Below, piece by piece: positions 13,738 to 27,531 of a stretch of DNA of 64,000 bases. Numbering within the stretch: position 1 is the stretch's first letter; each line of letters begins with the position of its first letter. The stretch comes from Leptogorgia sarmentosa. Its lineage: Eukaryota. The stretch covers positions 3,100,001 to 3,164,000 of the forward strand of contig OZ210885.1 of assembly GCA_964658305.1 (NCBI GenBank). Reading direction: 5' to 3'. The notes beneath the pieces are model-generated. The model saw only the letters and a program-made list of their open reading frames with translations, did no database searches and was not told where the DNA came from. Made by a program: the position numbers and the translations under genes.

Positions 13738-14308
13738 CATAGGCGTACGGGGTACATTTTTGCAGGGGGGGGGGAATAGAAAGATCGTAACGGTCATGGG
13801 CGTACCGGCCAACATTTTTCAGGGGGGCGGTCGGCAATTTGCCCGGCTATCTAGAAAATTGCCCGACTTTTATTTTGTAATTGATACTCATATTCGCGTT
13901 AAATTTAATTAATACGTATACATAATACATTCACAGGTTAATTTATCATGTAATATCAGTGTGTACGACAATCATTTACCCGACTGTGATGCGAATATTG
14001 CCCGACTGGCCTTGTTTGCCCAACAAACTGGGGGGGCTGCCGCCCCCCCCCCCCCCCGCCCGGTACGCCCATGGCAACGGTAGCGAATCTCACGAGGCGC
14101 CGGGCGAGGAAATTTTGAAAGTTTAGAACCTCTGCATTGCGCGAAACAACGCAATCAGAGTACTAACTCCATTTTCTTGGTACGCTCCTTCAGACGGACG
14201 ACACGACGATGAGGGATTGTTGACATCACCTTAATCCACAGATTTTTGCCGGAATTATGCCCAAAAATGTGCCCAGTTGCTCCCCCCCCCCTGCCTCGTA
14301 CGCCTATG
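13738..14308. mobile_element. hAT-type MITE (outer element of a nested pair)
   Basis: TIR CATAGGCGTACG / CGTACGCCTATG; perfect 8-bp TSD AATGGGAA. Confidence 0.85.
13795..14073. mobile_element. hAT-type MITE nested inside the 13738-14308 element
   Basis: TIR CATGGGCGTACCGG / CCGGTACGCCCATG; TSD GTAACGGT / GCAACGGT (1 mismatch). Confidence 0.82.
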
Positions 14309-17247
14309 AATGGGAAGTTGGGAACGCTAAATTCGGCTATCTGCTAAAACAACGATGCTTGAGAGTACGTCAGGTGATTGACATCTTTGGCGGGCACGAG
14401 CAGCATGGCGGGCATCGACGCCAAATCGCCCCAAAAATCGGGCATGGACTACCATGTTTATTATTTCTTTACTCGTTTGTAGTTTCAGCGTTGCAGGAAT
14501 TGGGGGGGGGGCGTGCTTTACCCCTAGGGGTCTACCAGGACCCTACCAGGGGTCTTTAGTCCCCCCCCCCCCAATTATTTTCAGACGTTTTGTTCAGTTA
14601 TTGTTAGGTTTCTATATTTGGTAGGTTAGAATTCATATAAAAGGCCGATTCATGATGTCAGCCACGCTCCACCAACAAGCCTTTCCAGCAAAAAGACCAC
14701 TACCGGCACGACAGAGGTTCCATTTTCTGGGCTACAGTACATGCGTTCTGTATATGATCATTATTGCGGTGGTAATTCTCAAAATGTGCTAGGACATCAC
14801 ACGCTCTCCCGCATCCCCCCCCCCCCCCGCCCAGCCCCTAAACGAAGTGTGCTTCATCTACATTGTCGTTCTGATGCCGTGCTTTGTATTGTGTCGTTTA
14901 TGTTGTGGTCATAAGCTGCTACAATCACATTCAGATGTTTCGGGACAGATATCCATCATTTCCTGAAACGTCGATCCCCCTTGCTCCCATTTCAATGTTG
15001 TGTTGTAGTTAGCAATTGTATTTTGCGTACAATAATGTATGTATTGCAAACACAACATTGAATGGGGTGGGGAGGGGAGGGGTGTTATTAGTGTCTGTAA
15101 TTATTAGCACAATGCCACTGGTGTCCTGAGACTATTGGTGTCCCAACTACTTCTGAAAGTGATTGTAGGATATGTACCCCCCGCTGTTTTTGAGATGCCG
15201 CAAGGATGGACGCCAAGAGAGAGGGCGCCCTATAATTTTTTAATTTCGTGACGCGTGAATGGACACTTTTGCTTTACATGAAAGTCCGTATAGGAACTGG
15301 CTAAATTTCATTGGGCGAAACACTATATCCAATGTCTCTTTTACAACAGTGGAGTTGGACTTTCTCAAAGCTAGGTATTTCGCGCGGTTCCACTTAGGTT
15401 CCTATTTGAAAAGGACTATTTCCCAGCCTGTTACAAGCGTGGATCTACCGGTGCGGAAATGACGTTACTCGACAACTCAATGAGTTCACTCGGCTATGAG
15501 GCAATTACATGAGTTTAATAATAGTATAATAGTAAAATAAACATTAAGTAATGGATATATAAATAATACCGCCCATTCTGTATGTCAATTACTACCCGGA
15601 ACGTGTGGAGATTATATTTCAAGTTTTCACGCCCGAATAATTCATTAATTCTGGAATGAAAACTGTGCAGACGAGACGAGCCCGCATTCTCGCCCCGCCA
15701 TCAACTTTGTAGTTTGTAGCCTTCCGAATACAGAAGATCTCAGGCGGACTTGTGGTATGTTTAAGTTCGATCTTGTCCACAGAATGACAATAACCGGGCA
15801 ACTCATCAGTACAACATGTGTGAGATTTACTGGAGAGAATAATGGCCAGATCAGCGTTTCTATATGGGCGAGAAACGGCAATTGACTGGGGAGAACCTGC
15901 ATGAAGACCCGCTTACACTTGCAACTTCAACTGGGATTTCTTCTTTTGATGGATGTAAATGAATAAACCAGTTACGAATGCTTTTGGATGAGGATTGAGG
16001 AGACCTTCACTCAGAACTTTCATTGTTATTTCACTCATTCACATCCCTTGAAAGGAGAAAATCGGTCGTTGCCACGGCTTGGATGAGGATTGAGGAGACC
16101 TTCACTCAGAACTTGCACTGTTATTTCACTCATTCACATCACTTGAAAGGAGAAAATCGGTCGTTGCCGGCTGGGGCTAGAACGTTAATTGGGGGGGGGG
16201 GGGGGTGCATATTCATATTTTGGCGTTTATGAATTAACTTCAAAAGAGATCAGTCGGCAGAACGCCAAGCCACAATATGAGTATGCACCCCCACCCCCCC
16301 CCCCTTAAACGTTCTAGCGCCGGCCCTGTTCGTTGCTCTGTAGATAGTTGAACCATTCTGACTCGACCTGCATGGCGGCAAGACGAAGATATAATTTTAC
16401 GCGTTTGTTATCATCTGGGGCCGGTTGTAACAACAATGCATAGAACCACACATTTAGTTGATAAAATTTGAGTTGAATTATTTACAAAATGAGTAGGAAG
16501 GTTTTTAAAATTTTGCTTCTCCACCGTTTATGCTAAACGCCTTTGATACAACCGGCCCCTGCATCTTAAGAAGTCAACGTTAAGTTCCGGCCCGTTTAGC
16601 TTAAATGGTTGATAAGTCCAGAATACAAAGCAATTCTGTAATCATTGTCTTGGTAAAGGTCTGAAGGACACTTGTGTACACACTAGTTATCATCATTCAC
16701 AAGACAAATAGGAATGTAATTTAAATTTTAGTTATCCACCGATTAAGCCAAACGGGCTTTGAATAACCATCCCCGCGGCCCAGAGATGTAATGATAACCC
16801 ACGCTTAACTAACGACAAAAGGGTGATTTCTATAGATTGAGGTAACTTGGAGCACCGAGTGTATGTAGGAGTTAACAACCAATCTTCACTTATATATATT
16901 TTTACAAATTTTTAAGAACTATTCAATTTTTAATTGTGGCAGGTGCATCTATAATGCTTGCAACGGAACGCATGCTTCCCTTTGTAAACATTTTCAACCG
17001 GCATGGCAACAAACTCACTCAACTAACTTTTTCAACTGGGAAATTCTTTAAAAAACATTGAAAAATTTATAACCTAAAATTCAGCTTATATAGCTATACA
17101 GGATATGCGGAAAAATTTCTGGTAAAATTAATGCGATGAACAAAAGAGCACTTGGTATATTGCATCCGAAGTAATTATAGGTTGAACTGGGTGTGCAAAA
17201 CCTCTTAGACGGAGGGATGGTGTTGTGTGGTTTCTGTATGTTTCCAG

Positions 17248-17719
17248 CATGGGCGTACGGGCCGGGGGGGCACGGGAGGGCCTGTGCCCCCCCAAACCGT
17301 TCACGGTCGGGCAATTGAGCTCGAATCGTTCGGGTAAACATAACTCCATCATAGTTGATAGAATATTAACTTTATTAGACAATGTAACATCAACAATACG
17401 ATGAAAATCATTATCCTCTAAGACATCCTATATGAAGTATTCTAATTCCAAAGCTCAAGTATTTCAGATCGAATATGTATTACATAACGAAAGAGGTATA
17501 ATATTACACCTTGAAAATGCCATTTCTGACGATCTAGAAACCAAAAATTTTTAAAATTTTCTCGCTCGGCGCCAACCATTGTGGCGCCTCGTGAGCTTCG
17601 CCCCCCCCCCCCTTATCTGTCAGCCTCCCCCCACCCCCACTTCAAATGTCGTTCCACAGGTCCTGTCGGGCAAACAATAATGTGCCCCCCCCAAACAAGA
17701 TAGGGCCCGTACGCCCATG
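17248..17719. mobile_element. hAT-type MITE, absent at the paralogous site in unit B
   Basis: TIR CATGGGCGTACGGGCC / GGCCCGTACGCCCATG; TSD GTTTCCAG / GTTTCTAG. The empty site GTTTCCAGTACA is at ~30690. Confidence 0.88.
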
Positions 17720-19529
17720 GTTTCTAGTACAATAAGTTGAGGGTAACGTCAACGATCTTGAAGATAGTGTTACTCCCAAGATTTAGCCTAAATTCATCAA
17801 AATTATATTTCAACCGAAAACTATTTCCACGCGTCATTTGTTGCTATGGTGAAAAATATTTATACAGTGAAGCACGTTTAGTTACGAGCATCCTACGTAG
17901 CTACACCTGCGTGCTACATGCAGTTAGTACAACTGATCAGTCGCTGTTGCGAGTTTACTTTGTAAAGCCAGTAAAGGTTGTAAGAAAAGCTATTTTTTTA
18001 CAACTTATAGGCGCTGTTTACATGCATGTGCCCGATTTGACGGGACGACACGCTATAGCCTGGCTGATAGCCGAGCTTAAAGTTAAGAAGCGAAATTTGA
18101 AGGGAAAACTGACGCACTTGCGCGTAAAGTTTTGTGATCAGGAAACTTTCAAATCATGAAGTGACATGAACGAACGCTCAATTTATCACAAATGCTCAAA
18201 AACAACTTTTACTAACGGTAATGACATATAGGAAAGAACGTAGCTAGCTATTATGCAGAAAAATATTCATTTCTCAAATCCCGGGCTGATGACTTTGCAT
18301 GCATGAAAAAATTTCATCCTGGTTGCTTGGTTGACAGGGCAACCCGTTTGAGTGAAGTGAGATCCCAGCTAATTAAGCGGGCTATAGCTCGGTTTGCATG
18401 TGAAGTTGAATTGTTTTTAATATTAAGAACTTAATTTGAAAGTCCATTACTTGAATTACAAAGTGCAAAGAGCAATAAGTAACTAAGATCTTAGGTGGGA
18501 TCTAATAAGCTGGGCGCCTCGTTACAAAGGGCCAGCCCCACATACCACGCTCATGTAAACAGCACCTAAATCAGTCAAAAACGACTTTAGTCATCAGACT
18601 TAACTAAAATCAACCTGGTTTATAATTACATGCATACATTTTGTTTTAATGTCTGCATGTGTTTAAACATGCATAAGTTTAGGTAATTTTATTTTAAGGA
18701 TTGTTTTGTTCTCGTTTATATCGTCGCTATATACATATATATATTATAAGTTTCTGACTGGCAATTTTTTATCAAAATTCATGAATTGATTAATTTCATG
18801 ACTTTTTAACAACTTTCCAACTCAATGAGCTTGTTGCTGTGTTAGAAAATATTTGCGAAGGGAAACACGTTTCGTTGCGAGCACTTTTGCCGCACCTGCC
18901 GCATTTAAAATTCAGGGTCCCTGTTAATTGGGAGATTAATCGTATTGTAAAAGGCTGTAAATAGAGGAATTAAAGATGGTTAAAAATGACTTTTGAGTAA
19001 TTCTCAGTTTCACGGTCAAACGAAACTAATTAGCCAACACTTGTTTATAAACCACAAGCATAATTTTGTTTTGGTGTCTGATCTCTAACATAAATTTAGG
19101 TTTAAAAGTTTCTGTTCCAGCGTTTCCTCGGCCATGCAGAAATAACTGGCACAATGTTCTGATCTTGTCTTGCGACCACACGAGCCCGAAGCCCGAAGGG
19201 CGAGTGTTTCCACACATTTCTTGTTCTCCCAAACTTGCATGAGTGTTTACATAACTCAATGTAAACATGGAATAATGTTTTCTATTCTTTAAATACTAAA
19301 TATTCCGGCAAACGTTCTAAATAGACAACTGTTTTTATTAAATGGGTTTTCTAAAGTAGCTAAACTCGAACTTTGTTAAGGTCAAATGTAATCTCTTCAG
19401 CTGACGAACATCAGCTGACGAGAATGAAAGGTTTTCCAGGCAGAATGAGGCAATAATTGAAAGAGTGATTTCCAGTTGTGTTTAGAAAATTTGTTGGAAT
19501 TTACATGTATTTTAATGTTTGATGGTTGC

Positions 19530-19628
19530 ATGTGTACAATATGTGTAAGGGGGTACAATATGCATGTGTACAATATGTGTACAATATGTGTAAGGGGGTA
19601 CAATATGTGTACAATATGTGTAAGGGGG
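19530..19628 (+). repeat. GTACAATATGT / GTAAGGGG minisatellite
   Basis: Five GTACAATATG units here versus one at the paralogous sites (~33016 and ~43818). Confidence 0.8.
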
Positions 19629-21427
19629 CGGAGGTTGAATGATATCTCTTGTATTGTCGACATTTCTCTACTGAGTGTAACGCTAAGGTAGTCGGTACGA
19701 TATCGAAGTTAGTCTGACCGGGCAAATTAATTTTGATATAGATTCATAACTTTCTGGATTTCATGATTTTTCGTGACCTTCTGGCTGAAAAAGTCAACGA
19801 GCTTGTTGCTATGTTGGAAAATATTTGTAGAGGGAAGCACGTTTCGTCGCAAGCACTTTTGCTGCACCTGCATCTTTTCAGACATTTGGCAAATGGACCG
19901 ATTGCATAATAGACAAAATTTTGAAAAATTTCAAGTGATAAAATTTATCATAACAGCGTTAAAGAAAAGCCTAAAGTTAGTAAGAATGCAAATTTTCGTT
20001 GCGAAATGTTTGAAAATGTGAGAAATATATCCCTATGTATATATTTTAGTATTACGCACGCAAATTGATACCCTTGTTTCGATAAGTTCATTCAGCCAGC
20101 GGTATAATCGATCAGTCCCTGCATGGAAGGTTCACTTTGTAAAATGTTGCAAAAGAAAAAAGAGGATGGTTAAGAAATACTTGTGCTTAACTCCTAGTTT
20201 CACCGTCAGTAGTCAATCATCAACTAAACTTAAAAAAATTACGTTGGCATATAATTAGGCTACATGCATATACCTTTTGTTTAAGTTTTCTGTTGAAAAG
20301 ATTGTTTTGTTTCCATTTATGAGGAAAGTTTCTCGATCAGGCATAACTAAGGCCATTGTTTTGATCTTGTCCTGGATCCATTTTTACAATGGAAAAATAA
20401 ACATCAGTTATTCTGATCTTCTCAACGGAACAATTCCCGTTATAGACTATAGTTTTTTATCGACACTAATCCAGACGTAAAAACGAAATTCCAGCAAAGA
20501 TCCTTTCAAAAGTAGTAAAATTTCAAAGTTTGGTTGAAACATGTTGCATTAAATTCTAATTTATGGGGAAAATACAGCCTTACATGGAAGATGATATAGC
20601 CTTGCAAATTCTCTCATTATCTTGTTGCAAGCGGAAATTTGGATTCCCACCACAAATGTGGTTGTAAAAATTCCTTCAAAAAATCTCATTTTTATTGCTT
20701 AGATCAAAACTTTTTCTACCATGGGAAGTGCGTGTCCATTAATCGTTGCCGTAGTAACAACTGCATTGTATTTCATTGACAGTGTGTATTGAACTTGTTT
20801 ATAATTTGCATATGTCCAGTCATTCTTATGCCCTATTTCGCTTAACTTCTCGCTCAATTTTTATATCCAGAATAACGAAATATCATTCCTTATTAATCTC
20901 TAATCTATTTCAATTGGCCGAGCACGCAATAATCATCACTATAATGTCGCTTCTGGCAAACACCGGCCTTGTAGATTCTTTTAGCGGAGGTAAAAAATAA
21001 TCGAATGCTGCATAAACATTTCTCATGTTGAAAATTTTTACACACAAAAACACATTTCGCTTTTCACACAATTTCCGGTTATTTTATATAACTATGGGTA
21101 AATTTTCTGTACTTTTCATAATACCATTTTTAACGTCATTCAATTCCATTCTTAGCTTCATTCCATGCAAGTGGGGGAAAGTGAGACAAATAAATTGTAA
21201 GAAATACAGACAGTGGATGTTGTTGATGGAAAGAGGCACCTGCGTGACTGGGACGAAGACTTTTCCAAACTTTTCTAAATCAAGCACTTCACTTTACGCC
21301 AAGCCCTTCACGCAAAGAAACCCGCAGTCTATTCAACAATTCAAGGTTAAGTATTGCAACACTTATATCTGACAGTCTAGTGGCATGACAGATTGAAGAG
21401 GTCACGATTTCATGCCGTGTCCAAGAA

Positions 21428-21461
21428 TATAAAAATAGCCTAGCATCCTCCAATCTCATTT
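21428..21461 (+). promoter_or_regulatory. Putative TATA box plus initiator of copy 1 (also at 34782-34819 and 60965-60996)
   Basis: TATAAA followed ~28-34 nt later by TCATT(C/T), a short distance upstream of the ATG. Both motifs are kept in the otherwise divergent copy 4. Confidence 0.55.
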
Positions 21462-21520
21462 AGAAGAGAAATGTTTTGGGGAATCAAAATCTTTTGACTT
21501 CATCGAATGTTGTTATAAAA

Positions 21521-24500
21521 ATGAATTTTCTTGGAATATTTCTGGTGATGTTTCCAATGTCTGCTGCAGTGAAACCTGTTTCCAAAGACGGAAAGCCGTG
21601 CACGTTGAGACACTTCAAGAAGGCCAGCTCGGGTAAGTATTTTTCATATTTTTTATAGTTTCTTGTGCGCTCCACTAAGGACCAAGTTTGGCCGGCACGT
21701 TATACGTTGCTTGAACGCGCTTGCATGACATGCTTTAAGATGTAGTTAGAACGCCTCACAGTTACCTGTCCTGTTAGTATACCGGTATTGCAGTAGTAAT
21801 TTAAAAATTCATTTTTCAAAACATCATACGAATATTTTATGTTTACGAAAAAGTTAATATTTCTAATAATACGGAAAATTTGAAAAAATTATTTTAAAAA
21901 TATTGGAAAATGGGAAAAATAGTTTAAGAGAAATGTAGATTGATTGCTTTAACAATTTCGAGATTATAAATGAGTTAAATTAAGTTAAGTTAAGTTAAGT
22001 TAAGTTAAGTTAAGTTAAGTTAAGTTAAGTTAAGTTAAGTTAAGTTAAGTTAAGTTAAGTTAAGTTAAGTTAAGTTAAGTTAAGTTAAGTTAAGTTAAGT
22101 TAAGTTAAGTTAAGTTAAGTTAAGTTTTGTGTTTGTCTTCTTTGGCAGGAAACCAAGCACTTCGTCCATCAAACTTGATCTCAAGTCACAACGTTGATCT
22201 TTTGGTAGAATGTCATCTTCATTGTGTAAATGCAGGCAATTGCTACGGTTATAACTTCAGAGTCAGACCTAGAAGTATTTATACAACCAACTGCCAGTTG
22301 AGTAACAGCTCCGTGAAAATGAACATGACAAAGATGAGGAATGGAAGTTGGAATTTCTACGAGGATGTTTTGGTAAGAATAATATAACCAGCAAATGATC
22401 CTATATTCCACGAAAATTCGGGTCTCATTGAACTCATCGCTGAACAATTCTCTTACCGTAAATTTTGTCACCCTATAGGTCACCAAAGGTAAGCGAAAAT
22501 TATGAATTAATGCAGAGTCGTTCAATACAGGTAAACCATAAATAAATACATGCATAAATAAACTTTCTACGTATATATTGAAAGATGAGACTAGATTCAA
22601 CTTTTCATGCAAAGGATCTTCTTGGGAGGATAGTTGTCAATGCTAAGTTGAATTTTGTTGTATCGTTTACATAGTTGACGGAAATTTGATGTATTAGCTA
22701 TAATGCTACTGTTCGTTACCTATACAGACTATACTAGTCACATACGTTTATCAAAATTATTCTGTAGCTAAATGTCGGCCGAGGTTACAAGTCGTTATTA
22801 TGAGCATATTCAACATTCCTACTAAACCAAACATTTTAGGAAATATTTTTCGTATTGCTAAAGGATATATTACATATATTGGTAATAAGGGGGCCGTGCC
22901 CCCACCCCATAAGTTCAGCTTCCGGGGGGCGCCCCCCCCCAAAAAAAAAAATCCTGGATTTTAAAAAAACTATTAAAGCTCTGCTTTAGTCAACAATCTT
23001 TTATCTGTATACGCAAAAGGTCGAGTTTGGACTCCGAAATGTTCATTTCCGGCGATGTAGAGACCCTAAATGTTGAAAATTTTTGATGATGTTGCGCCAT
23101 CCCCCCACCCCCCGATTGTGAAAACGTTTCTAAGTTCTTGTTCGCGCTTTAACTTATAATATGGAACAAGTGCGTTTTTCAATCTCAAAATAGCACAACC
23201 ACCATTGGCAGAGATTTTCTTGCTTAGTAATATCACATTTTAGCGAAAACGGTATGAGAAATTCACCGGACTATATAGCTTTTGTTAGTCTTGTTTGAGA
23301 AAAAGTTTCTCCATTTTAGTCATTTTAAGAAAAAGGCAAAAGTAACATTTTCCGATTTTCGAAACGAACACAATTTCTACTTTATTTAGCTGGACCGCCA
23401 TGTTTGTTCTGTTTTGAAGCAAGGTGTCGCTTGAGCTCCAATTTGATTGGTTCGAAGTGATAAGAGATTTTTGCACCGTAATAATAGAAAATTGCACTGT
23501 GGTTACAAAAAAAAAGATTGCACTGTGATTTGAGATTAACTGCACTGTAATGAACCAATCACCGTCGAGTAATACTTTATACTTTTATGTATATTATTAG
23601 TGTTATATTACAAATCAATTCAGTCCGTTCAGCCGTGACTACAGAATGCTTTGGTTGAACAATCGTAGTTTTTTAGCTTTGCTCTTTTTTCGCTAGCCGG
23701 TCGTTTTTGACTGCCTAAATTTGGTAATGACCTCTTGGTACAGTCGACATTTTGGATATTTTTCACGATATTTTAATTATTTCAGACATTGACGAATGTT
23801 CTCAGGATAGTCACAAATGTCATTCCAATGCAACATGTATCAACACTCCAGGTTCTTATGACTGTCAGTGTAGGAGTGGATACACTGGAAGTGGCCGCAG
23901 TTGCGCAGGTATTGCTCATGATACTTGTAATAAAAATGTAACCAGTTGCAATACTAATGGTGCATTTAAATACAATTGGCTACTGCAATGTTTACAAATA
24001 ATCCAAGTTATTTTCAGACAATCAGACCACATTGACTTGAATTGCTCCAGTTTTTGTTATCATGTTATAGATATTGACGAATGTCTGGACAAGTCCAATC
24101 ATTGCCACTCAAATGCAAACTGTATAAATACTGACGGTTCATACAAATGTAAATGCTGTCAAGGTTACCGAGGCAATGGGCAGAATTGTACAGGTAAATA
24201 TCTGGACAACTGTTGTTTTGCATAATGGTAGCAATCTACAGGCAGGGCGCTTCAGATAAAATTCGGGCCCAGGAGAAAGTAAACTTGGGGACTGTGAAGT
24301 GTGAAGTTTCGACACAAACTTGCTGCCGGTCTAGAAACGTTTTGGAATTGTACTACGCAATCATTTGCAGTATCTGTGGCATTGTGATAATTATATTGCC
24401 ATCGTGTAGATAACGGATAGCAACATCAACAACTAACAAAAGTTCTAGTCTGTACTTTAATGATATAAACAGATTTGACGTTCGAGCAAAGGTCCACTGT

Positions 24501-27500
24501 CGGAAGTAATTACAGTCTAAAGCGGGGGGGTGGGTGTTCAAGGTAAAGAATTTAATTACGTGCACGTTATCCACAATTGTTTTGCCAATGAGCCTTCAAT
24601 AAGTATAAGTAACATCATAAGTAACATCAATGGTCACAAACGTTTATTTATCTTCTATCTTCTAGTATTTTTTACTGTTACTTCGTTCATTCAAATTTAT
24701 TTCTCCTTTCTGGGGCCTTTCTTCCCCATTGAAGGCCCTGTTTAACAATTTAGCTTCGCACATTTTGTTTCACTTTGTCACTTGCTCCAAGAAATTTGTG
24801 AAACAGAGGAAAATTAATTAGGACTTTACTATTGTTTTTTAATTTTTCAGACATTGACGAATGTTCTGAAGGCAGCCATGGCTGTCGCGCTGACGCAACC
24901 TGTTACAACACTCAAGGATCATACAATTGCACATGTCCCGGTGGCGCATATATTGCCAGAAACAAATATTGCCAGAATCTCAAAGGTGATTTATTGTTTA
25001 GAAATTTTATTAAGCAATTAATAAAATAAAGTTAATGAGGAAATGTTCTGACAAGATGTTTTAGGTTTCGGCATAACAGGTGAGAAGCGGCAGGTTTGCA
25101 TAATCCTATAATTAAGCTATCACTGTGTCAGATATACGCCAGGTCGGTTCCAAAGTACCGTGCACGTGAATAGGTTCTGACTTCAGCTCTTACCCAATCA
25201 AATTCCGAGTTTCCCTGGCGCGAAAAGCAACCAATCGCAGATCAAGCTAAATCACTTGTCCAAGCCAAAAGGCGCACACAAGTTACTCAGTGATCCAAAA
25301 AAATTTCTCCCCACCCACCCACCGCTTCCATGCACGTCAACCCTAAAGCATTTTTCGTGCTTTCCATGACCATGGCGTATACCTGTCTCAAACAAACAAG
25401 AACAGCTACTGTCTATACCTATACGGTTCCATCGGTCGCCCATATTTCCATCGTGCACGATTATGCACATGCGAGATGTATATCATATGGATACACCTCT
25501 ACATACATTTACAGCTATAGTAGGAACACTCGCACTTCACCAAGCACAGACTCGTACAACGTGTCACTCATAGCAACACATACAGTATATTACGGACGTG
25601 ACGTATCACGCATCGCTTGTCTGTCAGTTGAATCTCTAGGATTGTACATCTGTGTGTACAGTTGTTCAGATATAGGTGTTGTGAATCTAGCTATCTCCTG
25701 GGTATGCGCGTGTGCGCATATCAAACGTTCTGTCACGTGTGCGCTGAATGTATAGGACTGTGTGTACAGTGCATAGCTAGCTCGTTTGCAACATATTACA
25801 TATAAGCAATATATTACAATTTAATTGGTGTAATAGCGAGTCTTTGGGATGACGCTTAGCCTTATCTTTTACGATAAAACTTTAGAGTGCTACACCCCGA
25901 AACCCCTTATCCCACAAAACTTGTGTGTGTGTGTTTTTTCCTTGCGCGTTGCGGAATTTTGCATGATTTGAATACAGAACAGCTTCAATCATTAAAGTGA
26001 GATTAATATGTATTCAAGTTTCTTTGGTCAATGGTATAAGCTAGAGTGTGGTGATGTGTTTCCATGTCTGGAAGGAACGCTAAATTCCTTTATCGTTAAA
26101 TCATAGTTTAATAATAATAATGACAATAATATATTAAATTTATATTCCCTCAGTCGTGTCAGAGATATTGAAAAATGAACCAAACGAATTCGAGAATAAG
26201 TTGAGAGAATGGTTGCCAAGAACAGGAAATTGGAGAGTTTGTTGGCGAGCACCGCGAGATGGTTGGGCTGCGAGTACATTCCATTCAAATTGTGATGGAA
26301 AATTACCGACCTTAACTATTGTTCAAGTCATCAAAAACAGGAAAAAGTTTGTTTTCGGCGGTTATGCTACAGTATCATGGAAGCGCTACTACAACCGTAA
26401 GTTTGAAATGATTACAGTTATAAGAGTTATAATCATGTATCAGGTTCTTCTCTTGGCTCCATCTTAACTGACTCTTACTTTTATTAATTGGATTTGTTAC
26501 CTGCATGGTCCGGCAATGACTACAATTATTGTGATACAAAGATTTGTTGATCAAATTGGACAAAAACACGATAAAAATTAAATCTGCAAAAAAGTTTGAC
26601 TCAGGCTTCAAGGTGGAAAATCTGAATGCGTAATCATGCGTTTTGACATTTTGTTTAAATCCTGGCGGTATATACATAAATGATAGTGCCATGTAGAATA
26701 AAATAAATTGCCAGACTGCCAGTATGTATACCATGATACCGTTCTGTCTTTTAAACATTATGTAGATGTCCAGGTAAATTTTCAAAATAATATGAACAAC
26801 CAGACTTTTTAACTTTGGTTTACAGGGACTTTTCATAATTTCAATTTTATGCCTGCATGAGGTAGCAAAGTTGGTTTATTAAAATGGGATTCGAGTAATT
26901 AAATACGCGTATAATTAGTAGGTGGTTTTCCACAAATGTGTTCATGTTTAGCCTACGTGGCACAATGTTAATTTAACTCTTTATACTGGATCGATGTTAA
27001 TTTAACAATTTATACACCAGATTTATTCATTATAGAGAGAAAATTAAATCTTCATTAAGGAGTTAATGTCGTTTTATTTCTCCCATCTACACTGGCACCG
27101 CCCGTTCGAAATTTTCGGGATTGCTTTGAAAGTGATGATCTTTATCACGACTGAAATACCCGATTACTAAGAGGCAGAGCAGTAATCATATCTGACCCAG
27201 GATTGTTGTGTTTATTTTGACAGATGGTCATTATACATCTGCTCCAGGATCATTTTTGTTCTCTCTGCGCAATAACGATGACCTTCCACCATTCAAGGCT
27301 CCGCTGAAAGACCAGAATCACGGGAGTGCAATTTACCGTTACAGTGGATATGGACCAACATTTGGTGGTGGTCACGACTTGCGCATTGCCTACGCCAACT
27401 CCCTCACGAATTTTGGTCACACCTACCAACCTCCACATGGATACACTCACGGCCAAGCAAACACACATTCCCTCCTGGCAGGAAGCTATTCCTTCACTCC

Positions 27501-27531
27501 ATCAGAAGTTGAAGTCTTGTATCTAAATTAA
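21521..27531 (+). CDS. Secreted PAN/Apple - 3x EGF-Ca - TLDc protein, array copy 1 (~425 aa)
   Basis: Exons: 21521-21632 (signal peptide [16 protein letters not shown]), 22149-22372 (PAN-like ECHLHC..C.GYNF...NCQL), 22479-22488 (micro-exon), 23786-23908, 24071-24193 and 24851-24985 (DIDEC EGF-Ca repeats), 26154-26396 and 27224-27531 (TLDc: [53 protein letters not shown]). The 1278 nt are open with GT-AG junctions throughout. Confidence 0.88.
21980..22124 (+). repeat. (TTAAG)n microsatellite, ~29 units, in intron 1 of copy 1
   Basis: Perfect pentamer array seen directly. Confidence 0.97.
25003..26040. mobile_element. ~1-kb insertion unique to copy 1 (intron after EGF3); class unknown
   Basis: Copies 2 and 3 read TTGTTTAGATCAGAGTGTGG contiguously. 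In copy 1 about 1 kb separates TTGTTTAGA from AGAGTGTGG. Confidence 0.55.

Noticed and set aside
22181..22612. Antisense ORFs conserved in all four copies (22181, 35546, 46796, 63430) and other repeated short ORFs (14257/40028, 19773/43977, 21484/34842/45658)
   Set aside because: Recent duplication and overlap with real exons explain the conservation; they have variable starts and no recognisable domain.
25330..25755. 141-aa ORF inside the copy 1 intronic insertion
   Set aside because: Low-complexity T/Y/S/V-rich translation of repeat DNA with no transposase or RT motifs.
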